Source of the DNA: a virus
Virus record (IMG/VR): IMGVR_UViG_3300036831_000148
Location: 64,001 to 128,000 of that record
DNA: 64,000 bases
Direction: 5' to 3' (one strand)
The translations under genes were made by a program, and so were the position numbers. Under the pieces are notes generated by a model. It searched no databases. It was not told the DNA's origin and saw only the letters and a list, made by a program, of their open reading frames with translations. Shown piece after piece: positions 1 to 8,861 of this stretch; position 1 is the stretch's first letter, and every line of letters begins with the position of its first letter.

Positions 1-942
1 CCGGGCGGCGAGCGCCTTGCGGGCCTCCAGTGCCTCTCCCTGGGCGGTCACCGGCCCGCCGCAGCACAGCACCTGCAGGTCGGCCAGGCAGCGGACCAGC
101 TCCCGGGTGACGTGCCCGGGGTCCCCGTAGGCGGCGAGCGCGGCGTCCATCGCGGCGTACATGGCGGCGGCGTCGCCGTCGGCGGTGGCCAGCAGCAGGC
201 CGGGGGCGAAGTCGGTCTCCCCGGTCAGCTCCTGCCACGCCTCCAGGCTGTGCACGTCCACGGACGCCACCTGGTCCAGTCGCACCACCGCGTCGCGCAT
301 CGCCCCCTGCGCGGCCTCGGCGATAGCGGCGACCAGGGCCGGCTCGGTGGCCAGTCCCTCCAGCCGGCAGATCTCCGCCAGCCGGCCGGCTACCTGCTCA
401 GTGGTGAGCGGGTCGAACTTGAACGGGCTGGACCGGCTCTGGATGGTGGCCGGGACCGACTTCACCTGAGTGGTGATGAGGATGAACACCGTGCCCGGCG
501 GCGGCTCCTCCAGGATCTTGAGCAGCGCCTCGAACGCGGCAGCGGACAGGCCGTGCGCCTCGTCGATGATGTACACCCGGTAACTGCCGGCGAGGGTGCC
601 GTACTGGGCGCTCTCCCGCACCCGGCGGATCTGCTCCACGTTGCCGTTGCTAGCCGCGTCGATCTCGGTCACGTCCGGGCTGGCGTCGGCGTCGATCGCC
701 CGGCAGGAGGCGCACTGGCCGCACGGCCAGGACCCGGCCGGGCCGGGCGGCGCGGCGCAGTTGAGCGCCTTCGCGACGATCCGCGCCATGGTGGTCTTGC
801 CGCTGCCGTGCTTGCCGTGCAGCAGCAGGCAGCCGGGCACCGTGCCACGGCGGCACATCCGGAACAGCACCGCCACCGACGGCCGCTGCCCCACCACGTC
901 ACCGAACGTGCGCGGCCGGTACTTCAGGGCAAGGTTGCTCAC
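1..942 (-). CDS. dnaX: DNA polymerase III gamma/tau clamp-loader subunit (runs off window edge)
   Basis: Manual translation from GTG at 942: MSNLALKYRPRTFGDVVGQ...LLLHGKHGSGKTTMARIVAKALNC...CGQCASC...EIDAASNGNVEQIR...YIIDEAHGLSAAAFEALLKILEEPP...TIQSR; not listed in the ORF track because it is truncated. Confidence 0.93.
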   Translation of the reverse strand, partial: MSNLALKYRPRTFGDVVGQRPSVAVLFRMCRRGTVPGCLLLHGKHGSGKTTMARIVAKALNCAAPPGPAGSWPCGQCASCRAIDADASPDVTEIDAASNGNVEQIRRVRESAQYGTLAGSYRVYIIDEAHGLSAAAFEALLKILEEPPPGTVFILITTQVKSVPATIQSRSSPFKFDPLTTEQVAGRLAEICRLEGLATEPALVAAIAEAAQGAMRDAVVRLDQVASVDVHSLEAWQELTGETDFAPGLLLATADGDAAAMYAAMDAALAAYGDPGHVTRELVRCLADLQVLCCGGPVTAQGEALEARKALAAR

Positions 943-1187
943 TCGGGCCTCCTGGCGATGGTCGCCCCCAGGAACACCGGGCCGGGACCGGCGCGGGCCT
1001 GAGCGTCAATTGGCAGGCCGGCGGCACACGCCGGCCCTGACTGGCTTATACGGCGGTAGCCGAACTCGCTGCCGCAGTTCGGGCACGCGAGGTAGACCGT
1101 CAGGCCGTCCTGCTCGGGCTCGGCGGGAGCGCCGCACTGCGGGCAGGGGGCGCCCTCGGCGAACTGCGGCTCAGGCAGCTGCGTCAA
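939..1187 (-). CDS. small Zn-ribbon protein
   Basis: CPQC...CPNC pairs; 4-nt GTGA overlap with dnaX. Confidence 0.65.
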   Translation of the reverse strand: MTQLPEPQFAEGAPCPQCGAPAEPEQDGLTVYLACPNCGSEFGYRRISQSGPACAAGLPIDAQARAGPGPVFLGATIARRPE

Positions 1188-4100
1188 CGGGCTGCGCCTG
1201 GTCTAGCGTGTCCGGGCTCGGGTGCCGGGGGAAGCCGGGGCCCGCCCAGTCCTCGTCCTCTTCGGCGGGCTGGCTCGCGGCGGCGCCGAAGGTGTCCCCG
1301 TACCGGTGCGTCATCTTGAAGCCGGGGCTGTCCACAGGCTCTCTCCCCAGGTGTGGGTAACTCGTACCCGGTAATACGCCGGCGGCGCGCAGCCCTGCTG
1401 TTACCAGCCCGGTGGCCTGGTCCGCGCACCGCGGGCACAGGCTGTCCGACCAGGGCACGTCCACCAGGCTGGCGGGCACCGGCCGGCCGCAGCCCTCGCA
1501 GGGCTGCGCGCCTCCGTGGAAGAACTCCTCGCGCAGCGCGGTGTAGCGGGCCGCGTCGATCCACGAGGCCCGCCCGGTGAGCGCCGCGTACGCCTGGTAC
1601 GGGCCGAGCCTGCCGTTGAGGATCATCTTCAGCAGCACCCGGTGCCCGTCGCGGGTCACCCAGAAGTCAGCGACGTGCTCCTTGGCGTCGCCGCGCACGG
1701 CGGTCGCCCCGGTGTAGAAGCTGTCCGCCCGGATCTGAACCGGCACCTCCGCTGCCGCGTCCCACCAGGCGAGGCGGCGGCCCAGCGCCCCCGGGTCGTC
1801 GGCGACCTCCAGTTCCCACAGGCTGGAGGGGCGCGACGGCAGCTTCGCCGAGGGCAGCAGCACCCGGTACAGGCCGGTCCAGCTCAGGTGCGGCTGCAGT
1901 ATCTCCCCCAGCTTCGCCAGGTAGGGGCCGACCGCCTCACTGCCCCGGGTGAGGCCGAACTCCACGTAGTCCCGCCCGGCGCTGCGCTCGCGGTAGCCGG
2001 TGCTGCCGGACGCCAGCCGCACCGCGCGGCTGGCCAGGTCGGGGAAGCCCGGAAAGGACTCCTGCGCCTGGTAGGCGGCCCGGCGGAAGACGTACACCAG
2101 CGACTCGTTGGTGACGAACCGGAGCCCCGGCGGGCGGTCCACCTGCAGACGGACTTTCAGCGCCACGGTGGAGTGGTCAACCGGGCGAACCGGCCGGGCC
2201 TGCAGGTCGCGGTCGGCCGCCTGCACCCGGGCCCGGCGCAGCTCCAGGTCCTCCCGCGTGCACACCCCGCAGGCGTTCCCGCTGCACTGCTGGTCGCAGC
2301 GCGGCACCCACTCCTGGCCGTGGTAGCCGTCGGGGACCTGGCTGTCGTAGGTCTCGGCGCTGGTGCCCTCCAGGAACTCCACCATGTCCCGGTAGGCCCG
2401 CCACATCAGGTCGCGGGACACGCCGGTGTGAATGAACTCCCAGCCGAGCAGGTCGCCGTAGAACCGCTCACCGAAGATGTCGTCGGTGCCGTTGCGGAAG
2501 CCGCGGCGGCGCAGCGCCTCGTCCAGCCGGGCGGGCATGTCCTTGGGGAACCCGCCCCAGGAGGCGGTCCCGTAGTGCTCGATCACGTCGGCGACCGCCT
2601 CGCCCACGTCCCGGCTCGCGCGCTGGCAGACCTGGAAGAACGCCATCTTCTCGGCAGTCGCCTTGGACCCGATCTTCACCCAGATCCGGTGGTTGTCCAT
2701 CAGCTCCCGGAACGCCTCCGACAGCATGTAGTCGGGCGGGGTGACCGCGAACCACTGCAGCGGGGTCTGCGCCTCGATCAGCAGCGGCGTCCAGGAGAAG
2801 ATGATCTGCACCCCGGCGGCGGCCGGGCCGAGCGAGTCGCGGATGTCCGCCAGCCGGCGGCCCAGTTCCACCACCCGCATCACGTCAGCGCGGGACTCGC
2901 CCGGCCAGTTGCTGATGAAGTACAGCTTCACCTTCCGCACCCCGGCCCGGATCGCCCGGGTGACCGCCGCGGCCACGTCGTCGTCGGAGGTGCCCTTGCC
3001 GGCCAGGTCGCGGATCCGCTGGGCGCCGCCTTCCAGCCCGAGCGTGATGGAATCAGTGCCGGACACCTGCAGCAGCAGCGAGAAGTCGCCGTCGCTGAGG
3101 TAGTCGTCGATCCGCATGGACGAGGCGTCCACCCGGTCGGTGACATTCTCCAGCAGCGCCCCAATCAGTTCCTTCTTCCGCCGGTGCATCGGCGGGTCAG
3201 GGGCCACCAGGCTGATCTCGGTGGCGCCCATGTTGCGCCGCCAGGCGGCCGCCCGCTCCACCGTGCGCTCCACCGGCTCCTCCCGCGGCGGCTTAGACAC
3301 CCAGGACAGCCGGCAGAACACGCACCAGCAGTCGCAGCCGCGCATGGCCTCCACGTCCCCCGAGCCCATGCCGGGGTCGGAGAACAGCACCGGCGCGCTG
3401 GTCATCAGGTCCGCGTCCGCCAGGCTGGCGACCCGGCGCGAGCGGCGCTCCAGGGGCATCCCGTCCAGCAGGGGACGGTAGCCGGCGACCGTCTTCGTCT
3501 GCTCGGGCAGCCCGCGGTCCTCGTAGCGGTAGTCCACGGCGGTGAACCGGGGGAAGTACAGGAACCGGAACTCCAGGGCCAGCCGCTGATAGCACCACAC
3601 GCGCCGGGACTGCCAGTCACCGGACTCCCTGAGCTCGCGGACGCGCGCGCAGACGGCGGCGATGCCGGGGTTGCCGGGCTCGTCCTCCGCCTCGCCCAGC
3701 CAGACGCAGTCCACCACCGGAGCCATGAACTCGGGGGCGCACCAGGCCTGCCCGCCGGCCAGGATCATCGGGTAGTCCTCCGGCACCCGGTCCCGCCAGC
3801 GCAGCGGCACCCCGCTCATGGTCAGGTACCGGCAGAAGTTCATGAACAGCACCGTGTAGGAGATGCTGGTGCCGACGATGTCAAAGTCCCGCAGCTGGTG
3901 GCGGGACTCAATCCCGAACACCGGCACCTGCCCTTTAACCAGCAGGTCCAGGTCGCGCATGGTGGCTGGCAGGTACCAGCGATCCGCCAGGGTGTAGGCC
4001 CCGGCCTTGTGAACCGCGTCGTACAGCGCCGGGATGGCCATGTTCCCGGCCGCCTGGCTGTAGTCCCAGGACGCGGCGAGCAGCAGGCGCACCGAGGCCC

Positions 4101-4218
4101 CGTCCCAGGGGCGGCGCGCCGAGTTGGGCTCGGTGCCCAGGTACTGCTGCGGCCCGTCAAAGCGGTGGAGGTTCCCCTCCAGCCACCCGGCGACCGATTC
4201 GGGGCTGCGTCCCGGCAA
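1171..4218 (-). CDS. large radical SAM protein (TIGR03960-like) fused to a TIGR03936/DUF2344-like domain
   Basis: CxxxCxxC (RGCDCWCVFC); N-terminal PQQYLGTEPNS, FDIVGTSISY, GEAED; C-terminal KVRLQVDRPPGLRFVTNESLVYVFRRA resembles the radical-SAM-linked domain. Confidence 0.82.
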   Translation of the reverse strand: MPGRSPESVAGWLEGNLHRFDGPQQYLGTEPNSARRPWDGASVRLLLAASWDYSQAAGNMAIPALYDAVHKAGAYTLADRWYLPATMRDLDLLVKGQVPVFGIESRHQLRDFDIVGTSISYTVLFMNFCRYLTMSGVPLRWRDRVPEDYPMILAGGQAWCAPEFMAPVVDCVWLGEAEDEPGNPGIAAVCARVRELRESGDWQSRRVWCYQRLALEFRFLYFPRFTAVDYRYEDRGLPEQTKTVAGYRPLLDGMPLERRSRRVASLADADLMTSAPVLFSDPGMGSGDVEAMRGCDCWCVFCRLSWVSKPPREEPVERTVERAAAWRRNMGATEISLVAPDPPMHRRKKELIGALLENVTDRVDASSMRIDDYLSDGDFSLLLQVSGTDSITLGLEGGAQRIRDLAGKGTSDDDVAAAVTRAIRAGVRKVKLYFISNWPGESRADVMRVVELGRRLADIRDSLGPAAAGVQIIFSWTPLLIEAQTPLQWFAVTPPDYMLSEAFRELMDNHRIWVKIGSKATAEKMAFFQVCQRASRDVGEAVADVIEHYGTASWGGFPKDMPARLDEALRRRGFRNGTDDIFGERFYGDLLGWEFIHTGVSRDLMWRAYRDMVEFLEGTSAETYDSQVPDGYHGQEWVPRCDQQCSGNACGVCTREDLELRRARVQAADRDLQARPVRPVDHSTVALKVRLQVDRPPGLRFVTNESLVYVFRRAAYQAQESFPGFPDLASRAVRLASGSTGYRERSAGRDYVEFGLTRGSEAVGPYLAKLGEILQPHLSWTGLYRVLLPSAKLPSRPSSLWELEVADDPGALGRRLAWWDAAAEVPVQIRADSFYTGATAVRGDAKEHVADFWVTRDGHRVLLKMILNGRLGPYQAYAALTGRASWIDAARYTALREEFFHGGAQPCEGCGRPVPASLVDVPWSDSLCPRCADQATGLVTAGLRAAGVLPGTSYPHLGREPVDSPGFKMTHRYGDTFGAAASQPAEEDEDWAGPGFPRHPSPDTLDQAQPVDAAA

Positions 4219-4881
4219 CTACTCCGCCTCCCCCTCGAACACCTGCGTGCGGCCGTCCGGACCGCGCGCCAGGCGCACCGTCACGTCGGCGAACTGAACC
4301 AGCGACTTATCGTGGGTAATCATAAACACCTGCACCCCCATCCGGTCGGCCACCTCGCGCAGGAAGGCGCCCAGCCGGTCAATGAAGCTCTCGCTGACGA
4401 ACCGGAACGACTCGTCCAGGAACAGCACCTGGCGGGCCCCCGGGGTCAGCTTCACCATCACCAGCCGCAGCACGAAGCCGACCACCACCACCATGCCGCC
4501 GCCGCGGGCGTCCACCACCGCCGTCTCAAGGACCCGGTCCCCGTAGGGAGACCGGATGACCGGCTCCAGGGTGGCCTGCCCGCCGACCTCGCCGGGCAGC
4601 AGGTGAAACGACAGTTCCTCGCCGAAGATCACCTGCAGGGCGCGCGTCGCCAGGTCCTCGAACATCGCCCTGGCGGCCTCCTGGCGCTCCTCGCCCATGC
4701 TGGTCAGCAGCGCGGCCACCTTCGCGTGCAGGTCAACCGCTGCCTCAAGCCGCTCGATTTCCGCGGCGGCGGCCTTGCCCGCCCTCGCCAGCGCGACCGC
4801 GCGGCCGGCCTCCCGGTCCAGGCGGCGCTGTACCGCCAGGGCCCGGGAGGCCAGGGCGTCAAGGTCTACGGGGCCGCCCAC
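4219..4881 (-). CDS. SbcC/Rad50-like ABC ATPase, C-terminal part
   Basis: coiled coil, signature-like RGGG, Walker B VLFLDESF, H-loop MITHD; no Walker A. Confidence 0.8.
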   Translation of the reverse strand: MGGPVDLDALASRALAVQRRLDREAGRAVALARAGKAAAAEIERLEAAVDLHAKVAALLTSMGEERQEAARAMFEDLATRALQVIFGEELSFHLLPGEVGGQATLEPVIRSPYGDRVLETAVVDARGGGMVVVVGFVLRLVMVKLTPGARQVLFLDESFRFVSESFIDRLGAFLREVADRMGVQVFMITHDKSLVQFADVTVRLARGPDGRTQVFEGEAE

Positions 4882-5018
4882 TGCCAGCCAGCCAGGTCAA
4901 GGTCCGGGCGCTCCTCCAGCCAGTCCAGGAAGTCGGACGGCGTATCGAACGTCACCTTGGCCTTGCCGTCGGTAACGGCGCCCTGCAGCCCGGTTTCGAA
5001 CCTTCCGACAGAGATCAT
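4866..5018 (-). CDS. small hypothetical protein (50 aa)
   Basis: MISVGRFETGLQG...WQWAAP; TGATG coupling to the upstream gene; fills the gap. Confidence 0.5.
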   Translation of the reverse strand: MISVGRFETGLQGAVTDGKAKVTFDTPSDFLDWLEERPDLDLAGWQWAAP

Positions 5019-5608
5019 CAGGCGCGCTTGCCGCCGTGGCGGCGAGGCCGGGTCCGGTTGTAGGCCATCTTGCGGGTGTACTCGGCCTGCAGGTCAATGC
5101 CGTACAGCCCGCAGAGCTGCCGGAGGAACATGATGACCCCGGCCAGTTCCCGGGCCGGGTCCTCGTAGCAGGTCTCCCGGGCGAGCGACACGCGCGCGAT
5201 GGCGCAGTGCAGTGCGTTCATGTTCTCCAGGAAGCCGTCGTCCAGGGCGAATACCCCCTGGTCAGCCTCCACGTAGTCAGTCGTCGGCAAGCCGAACCGG
5301 TCGCTGTCGTCCAGCGCCCGGATGAGGATGTCAGCGAACTCGCTGCCGACGCCCTCCGGCTTGGGGTTCTGAAAGCAGCCGGGGCACCCCTCTACGGTGC
5401 CGTCATCCTCGTGCATGTGCTCCAGGTAGCGCGTGGCGTCAGCCAGGCCGTGCACGCGCCAGGCGTCGCTCGCCTCGGCGACCTCGCTGTGCAGCAGGGC
5501 GAGCGCTGCGGGGAACGTCACCGGGCTATCGTTCCAGCCCATCAACTCGCAGTAGGCGGCCACCTCGGCCTGCATCTCGGCCAGGGGGAGCACTTCCGTT
5601 GTCGTCAT
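5018..5608 (-). CDS. MazG-like nucleotide pyrophosphohydrolase
   Basis: LALLHSEVAEASDAWR, GSEFADILIR, IDLQAEYTRKMAYNRTRPRRHGGK; true start ATG 5608 coupled to the dnaN stop. Confidence 0.82.
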   Translation of the reverse strand: MTTTEVLPLAEMQAEVAAYCELMGWNDSPVTFPAALALLHSEVAEASDAWRVHGLADATRYLEHMHEDDGTVEGCPGCFQNPKPEGVGSEFADILIRALDDSDRFGLPTTDYVEADQGVFALDDGFLENMNALHCAIARVSLARETCYEDPARELAGVIMFLRQLCGLYGIDLQAEYTRKMAYNRTRPRRHGGKRA

Positions 5609-6804
5609 CACTTGTCTCCGTATCCGACCAGGGCGGGCGGCATCTGGGGGATGATCGCGGTGACCCTGGCCTCGTTGTCCTCCAGCAGAAGCGGGGGGTA
5701 GCTCTTGCCCCGCGGGATGCCCACCCGGAACTCGCAGTAGGCGGACGGGTGCGCAGCCAGCGCCGCGTCCAGGTGGCCGGCGTTGACCGCGAGCAGCAGC
5801 CGCTCGCCCTCCCACTTGGCCTGCAGCACCTGCTCGGCGCCGTTGCCGTCGCTGTCGCGCGACAGCACCGTCAGGCGGCCGGGCTCGGCGACCAGGGCGA
5901 CCGCCGAGGTGCTGGCGTCGGCGTTGACCCGCACCCGGTGCAGCGCCCTGGTCAGGTCGGCCTTGTCCACGCCGAGTACCAGCTTGTTGACCGACGCCGG
6001 GCGCAGGAACAGCGCCTCCACGCCGGGGAAGGGGGCACTCGGCTTGGCGGCCGCCAGCGTGACGGTGCCCGCCCGGAACACCGCGTACGAGCCGAAGTCG
6101 GCGACCTCCACGTTCTCCACAGGCACCTTCTCCAGCACCTTCACCAGGTCGGCAAGGGCGAAGCCGGGCACCGACAGCGGCACCGGGAAGCCGGGGACGG
6201 GGGCGCGGGAGAACTGGCTGCTGTCCACCGCGCAGGCGAACATCATGCGGCCCTCGTGGTCAGTGCCCTCGTCGACCACGGCGCTCTCCACCCGGACCTG
6301 CGTGAACGCCGGGCGGCCGGGGTCCTTGCCGACCGCGTGGCGGACGGTCATCAGGCCGGCGAGCAGCGACTCGCGGGGGACCGGCGCAAACCCGGCGCCG
6401 TCCAGGTCGGGCAGGCCGGGCCAGCGCGCCGGGCTAGGGGCGCGCAGCGTCCAGGACGCGCCGCCGGCCAGCACGGTGACCTCGTTGCCGGACACCCGGA
6501 CGGTGACGTCGCCGTCGGGGGCCTCGGCGAGCAGCGCCTTCAGCTTCCGGCCGGAGACGTAGAACCGGCCCTCGCCCTCGGCGCGCACCCCGGGGGTGCT
6601 GGCGAAGACGCTCAGGTGCTGGTCGGTGCCCGCCAGGGTCAGCCCGGCGGGCGTCACGTCCACCTGGAAGCACCCGTGGATGGGCAGCGTGGTGGTGCCG
6701 GGCACGGCCGCCATCGCCCACTCGGCCAGTTGCGCGAACGGCGCCTTCCTGACCGTGAAGCTGCAGGAGCCGTAACCCTGCCATGTTCCTTCGATCTCGC
6801 TCAC
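5608..6804 (-). CDS. dnaN: DNA polymerase III beta sliding clamp
   Basis: 398 aa; TTLPIHGC, LTLAGTD, AVDSSQFS, FPGVEALF, AVNAGHLDAAL, C-terminal AIIPQM; three-domain clamp pattern. Confidence 0.85.
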   Translation of the reverse strand: MSEIEGTWQGYGSCSFTVRKAPFAQLAEWAMAAVPGTTTLPIHGCFQVDVTPAGLTLAGTDQHLSVFASTPGVRAEGEGRFYVSGRKLKALLAEAPDGDVTVRVSGNEVTVLAGGASWTLRAPSPARWPGLPDLDGAGFAPVPRESLLAGLMTVRHAVGKDPGRPAFTQVRVESAVVDEGTDHEGRMMFACAVDSSQFSRAPVPGFPVPLSVPGFALADLVKVLEKVPVENVEVADFGSYAVFRAGTVTLAAAKPSAPFPGVEALFLRPASVNKLVLGVDKADLTRALHRVRVNADASTSAVALVAEPGRLTVLSRDSDGNGAEQVLQAKWEGERLLLAVNAGHLDAALAAHPSAYCEFRVGIPRGKSYPPLLLEDNEARVTAIIPQMPPALVGYGDK

Positions 6805-7052
6805 TGACTGCCTTCCGCTAGGTCAAGCTGGCGGCGGGCCTCTGCCGCCGCCTCCGCTACTTGGTTATCCAGGCTGGCCAGCAGGTCGCGGGCCTCCTCA
6901 GCGGTTCTTACGCCGAACTCCTCAAGCAGGTCGGCGGCGACGGCATCGGCCCTGGCCTGGTCCTGCTGCACCCCCGCAACGGCCTGCGCGTGGCGCGCGC
7001 GGGCGCCCGCCGCGTCCCTGCGCAGTTGCGCGATGACCTCCTCGGCGCTCAC
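6801..7052 (-). CDS. short coiled-coil protein (possible middle piece of the split SbcC)
   Basis: heptad-rich 83 aa, LLEEFGVRTAEEARDLL; operon coupling. Confidence 0.6.
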   Translation of the reverse strand: MSAEEVIAQLRRDAAGARARHAQAVAGVQQDQARADAVAADLLEEFGVRTAEEARDLLASLDNQVAEAAAEARRQLDLAEGSQ

Positions 7053-7496
7053 CTAGTCCGCCCGGACTACTTCGCGCACGCCCATCAGGGCCAGGCCGAG
7101 GTAGTTGAGCCCCTCCGCCTGCGCGCACTGCGAGCACGTGCAGTTGCCCCAGAAGTTGTCGTGCCAGTGGTTGCCCTCCACCAGGAGCTCGCCCCCGGTC
7201 TGGGCCAGGCGCCTCCCCAGGTCCGGGTTCTGGGTGAATTTCATCAGCACGGTCACGAGCATGACCGGCTTCCTCGCCCGGTCCCAGTCGCCGCGCAGTT
7301 CCACGCTCCGGCCGAGCCTCTTGGCCTCGGCCGGGGTCGCCAGGGCCGTGAACCGGGCGCGGACCGCGAGGTCCCGGGTCTTGTACGCCTGGTAGGCGTG
7401 CTCGGCCGACGGGTAGATGACGCCGCCGAGGGTCACCGGGCACAGCCAGAAGTTGGACAGGAACCGGTACTCGCCGTCAAAGCTCTCGATAGCCAT
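7053..7496 (-). CDS. NADAR/YbiA-family hydrolase
   Basis: FLSNFW, YPSAEHAYQAYKT, AKRLGR, KFTQNPDL, LVEGNHWHDNFWG, GLNYLGLALMGVR. Confidence 0.92.
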   Translation of the reverse strand: MAIESFDGEYRFLSNFWLCPVTLGGVIYPSAEHAYQAYKTRDLAVRARFTALATPAEAKRLGRSVELRGDWDRARKPVMLVTVLMKFTQNPDLGRRLAQTGGELLVEGNHWHDNFWGNCTCSQCAQAEGLNYLGLALMGVREVVRAD

Positions 7497-7509
7497 ACCC
7501 GTGATACGC

Positions 7510-8349
7510 CTACTGCGCCGCGCCGACGCGGCCCGGCCGGCTGCCCATCTTGAAGGCCGGGCAGGCGTGCAGCACCGGGCAGCCCCACTGCCCGGTGCAG
7601 TCGCTGCGGTCCTGCTTGGGGGCCAGCTTCCCGGCCCAGATGTCGCGGGCGGTCTTCTCGATCCGGCCGGCCATCTGCCGCACCGCGGCGGCGTCCACCG
7701 TCACCGGGAGCACCCGCTGGGTGCACATCGGCTGGATCAGCCCGGTACGGGCGGGCATCCGGCCGTGCATGCCCATTACCGCCAGGGCGTAGAAGGCGAG
7801 CTGCCCGAGCACCTTGCGGTAGTAGTCCTCGTTACGGGTAGCCTTCAGGTCCCAGACCGCGTAGTCGCCGTTGCCGTCACGGACCAGCAGGTCCATCTCG
7901 CCGATGATGGAAATCATCCGGGGCAGGCCGTCCGGCCCGGTGACCTCCACCGGCACCTCGAACCGGACCGCGGGCTGCCACTCGAACGGCAGGCAGTACA
8001 CCTTCAGGATCTCCTCCAGGCGCACCACCAGCTCCCGGCACATGTCCAGGGTCTCGGCCCGGTCGGTGACCGTCTTCCAGTGCACGAACCCCTCGTCGGA
8101 GTGCTCGGTGCACTCCTTGAAGATGGCGTCGATCTGGGCCCGCATCCAGCCGGCCTCCGGGTCCTCCTGCAGCAGCCAGCGGCGCATCGCGATGTCCACT
8201 GCGGTTCCGTGCACGTACGAGCGGATGTTCTGCGCGGACGGCTTATGACGGCGCATCAGGTCGCCCTTGGCCGGGCACTCGTCGTGCAGTTTCAGCCTTG
8301 ACCAGCTCAGCCTCAGCAGTTCCGGGGGGACCTCCAGCGTGCTGGTCAC
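7510..8349 (-). CDS. PD-(D/E)XK Cas4/RecB-like exonuclease
   Basis: LSWSRLKLHDECP, HGTAVD, GEMDLL...VWDLKAT, QLAFYAL, C-terminal Cys cluster. Confidence 0.8.
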   Translation of the reverse strand: MTSTLEVPPELLRLSWSRLKLHDECPAKGDLMRRHKPSAQNIRSYVHGTAVDIAMRRWLLQEDPEAGWMRAQIDAIFKECTEHSDEGFVHWKTVTDRAETLDMCRELVVRLEEILKVYCLPFEWQPAVRFEVPVEVTGPDGLPRMISIIGEMDLLVRDGNGDYAVWDLKATRNEDYYRKVLGQLAFYALAVMGMHGRMPARTGLIQPMCTQRVLPVTVDAAAVRQMAGRIEKTARDIWAGKLAPKQDRSDCTGQWGCPVLHACPAFKMGSRPGRVGAAQ

Positions 8350-8861
8350 AGCCCTCCGCCCATGCCGTCGGCCGCGCCCCGGCGGAACCGCTCCTCGTCC
8401 TCGGGGTAGCGCGGGTTCACCACGAGGACCGGCACCTCGGCCAGCATCTCGATCTGCCCGGCGGCCTGCGGGTGGTCCTCGTAGTAGAGCAGCATCTCGA
8501 TCCCCCGCTCGCGCAGCTCGCAGATGAAGCGGGCCTTCAGCCGCCCGTTGGGGGCGTTGTCGCCGGGCGGGCGCTGCCGGATGTCGTCAAACGGGATCCG
8601 GTGCAGGTCCAGCCACTGGCGGGTGACCGCCGCAGACGACTCCTCGCTGCCCGAGAAGACGTACACCCGGTGGTGCGGGTAGTGCAGCCGGGCGGCGGCG
8701 ACCGCGCCGGGGAAGGGCGTGTCGCCCATCCGGGCGGCGCAGTACCTGCCCCAGTCCGACGACGGGTCAGACATCGGCGACAGGCCCCAGCGGTGCCGGG
8801 TGTCCGCCAGCGTCGAGTCAAGGTCAAAGCCGACCGCCGTGGTCAGCGCTCCGCGGTCCAT
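8346..8861 (-). CDS. HAD-superfamily phosphatase (PNKP phosphatase-like)
   Basis: FDLDSTLAD, FSG, K, YYEDHP; start ATG 8861 with SD AGGAGGA. Confidence 0.8.
   Translation of the reverse strand: MDRGALTTAVGFDLDSTLADTRHRWGLSPMSDPSSDWGRYCAARMGDTPFPGAVAAARLHYPHHRVYVFSGSEESSAAVTRQWLDLHRIPFDDIRQRPPGDNAPNGRLKARFICELRERGIEMLLYYEDHPQAAGQIEMLAEVPVLVVNPRYPEDEERFRRGAADGMGGGL

Noticed and set aside
7510-8349. cas4 as evidence of a CRISPR-Cas system
   Set aside because: Solo Cas4-like nucleases are common in phages; no other cas genes or array.
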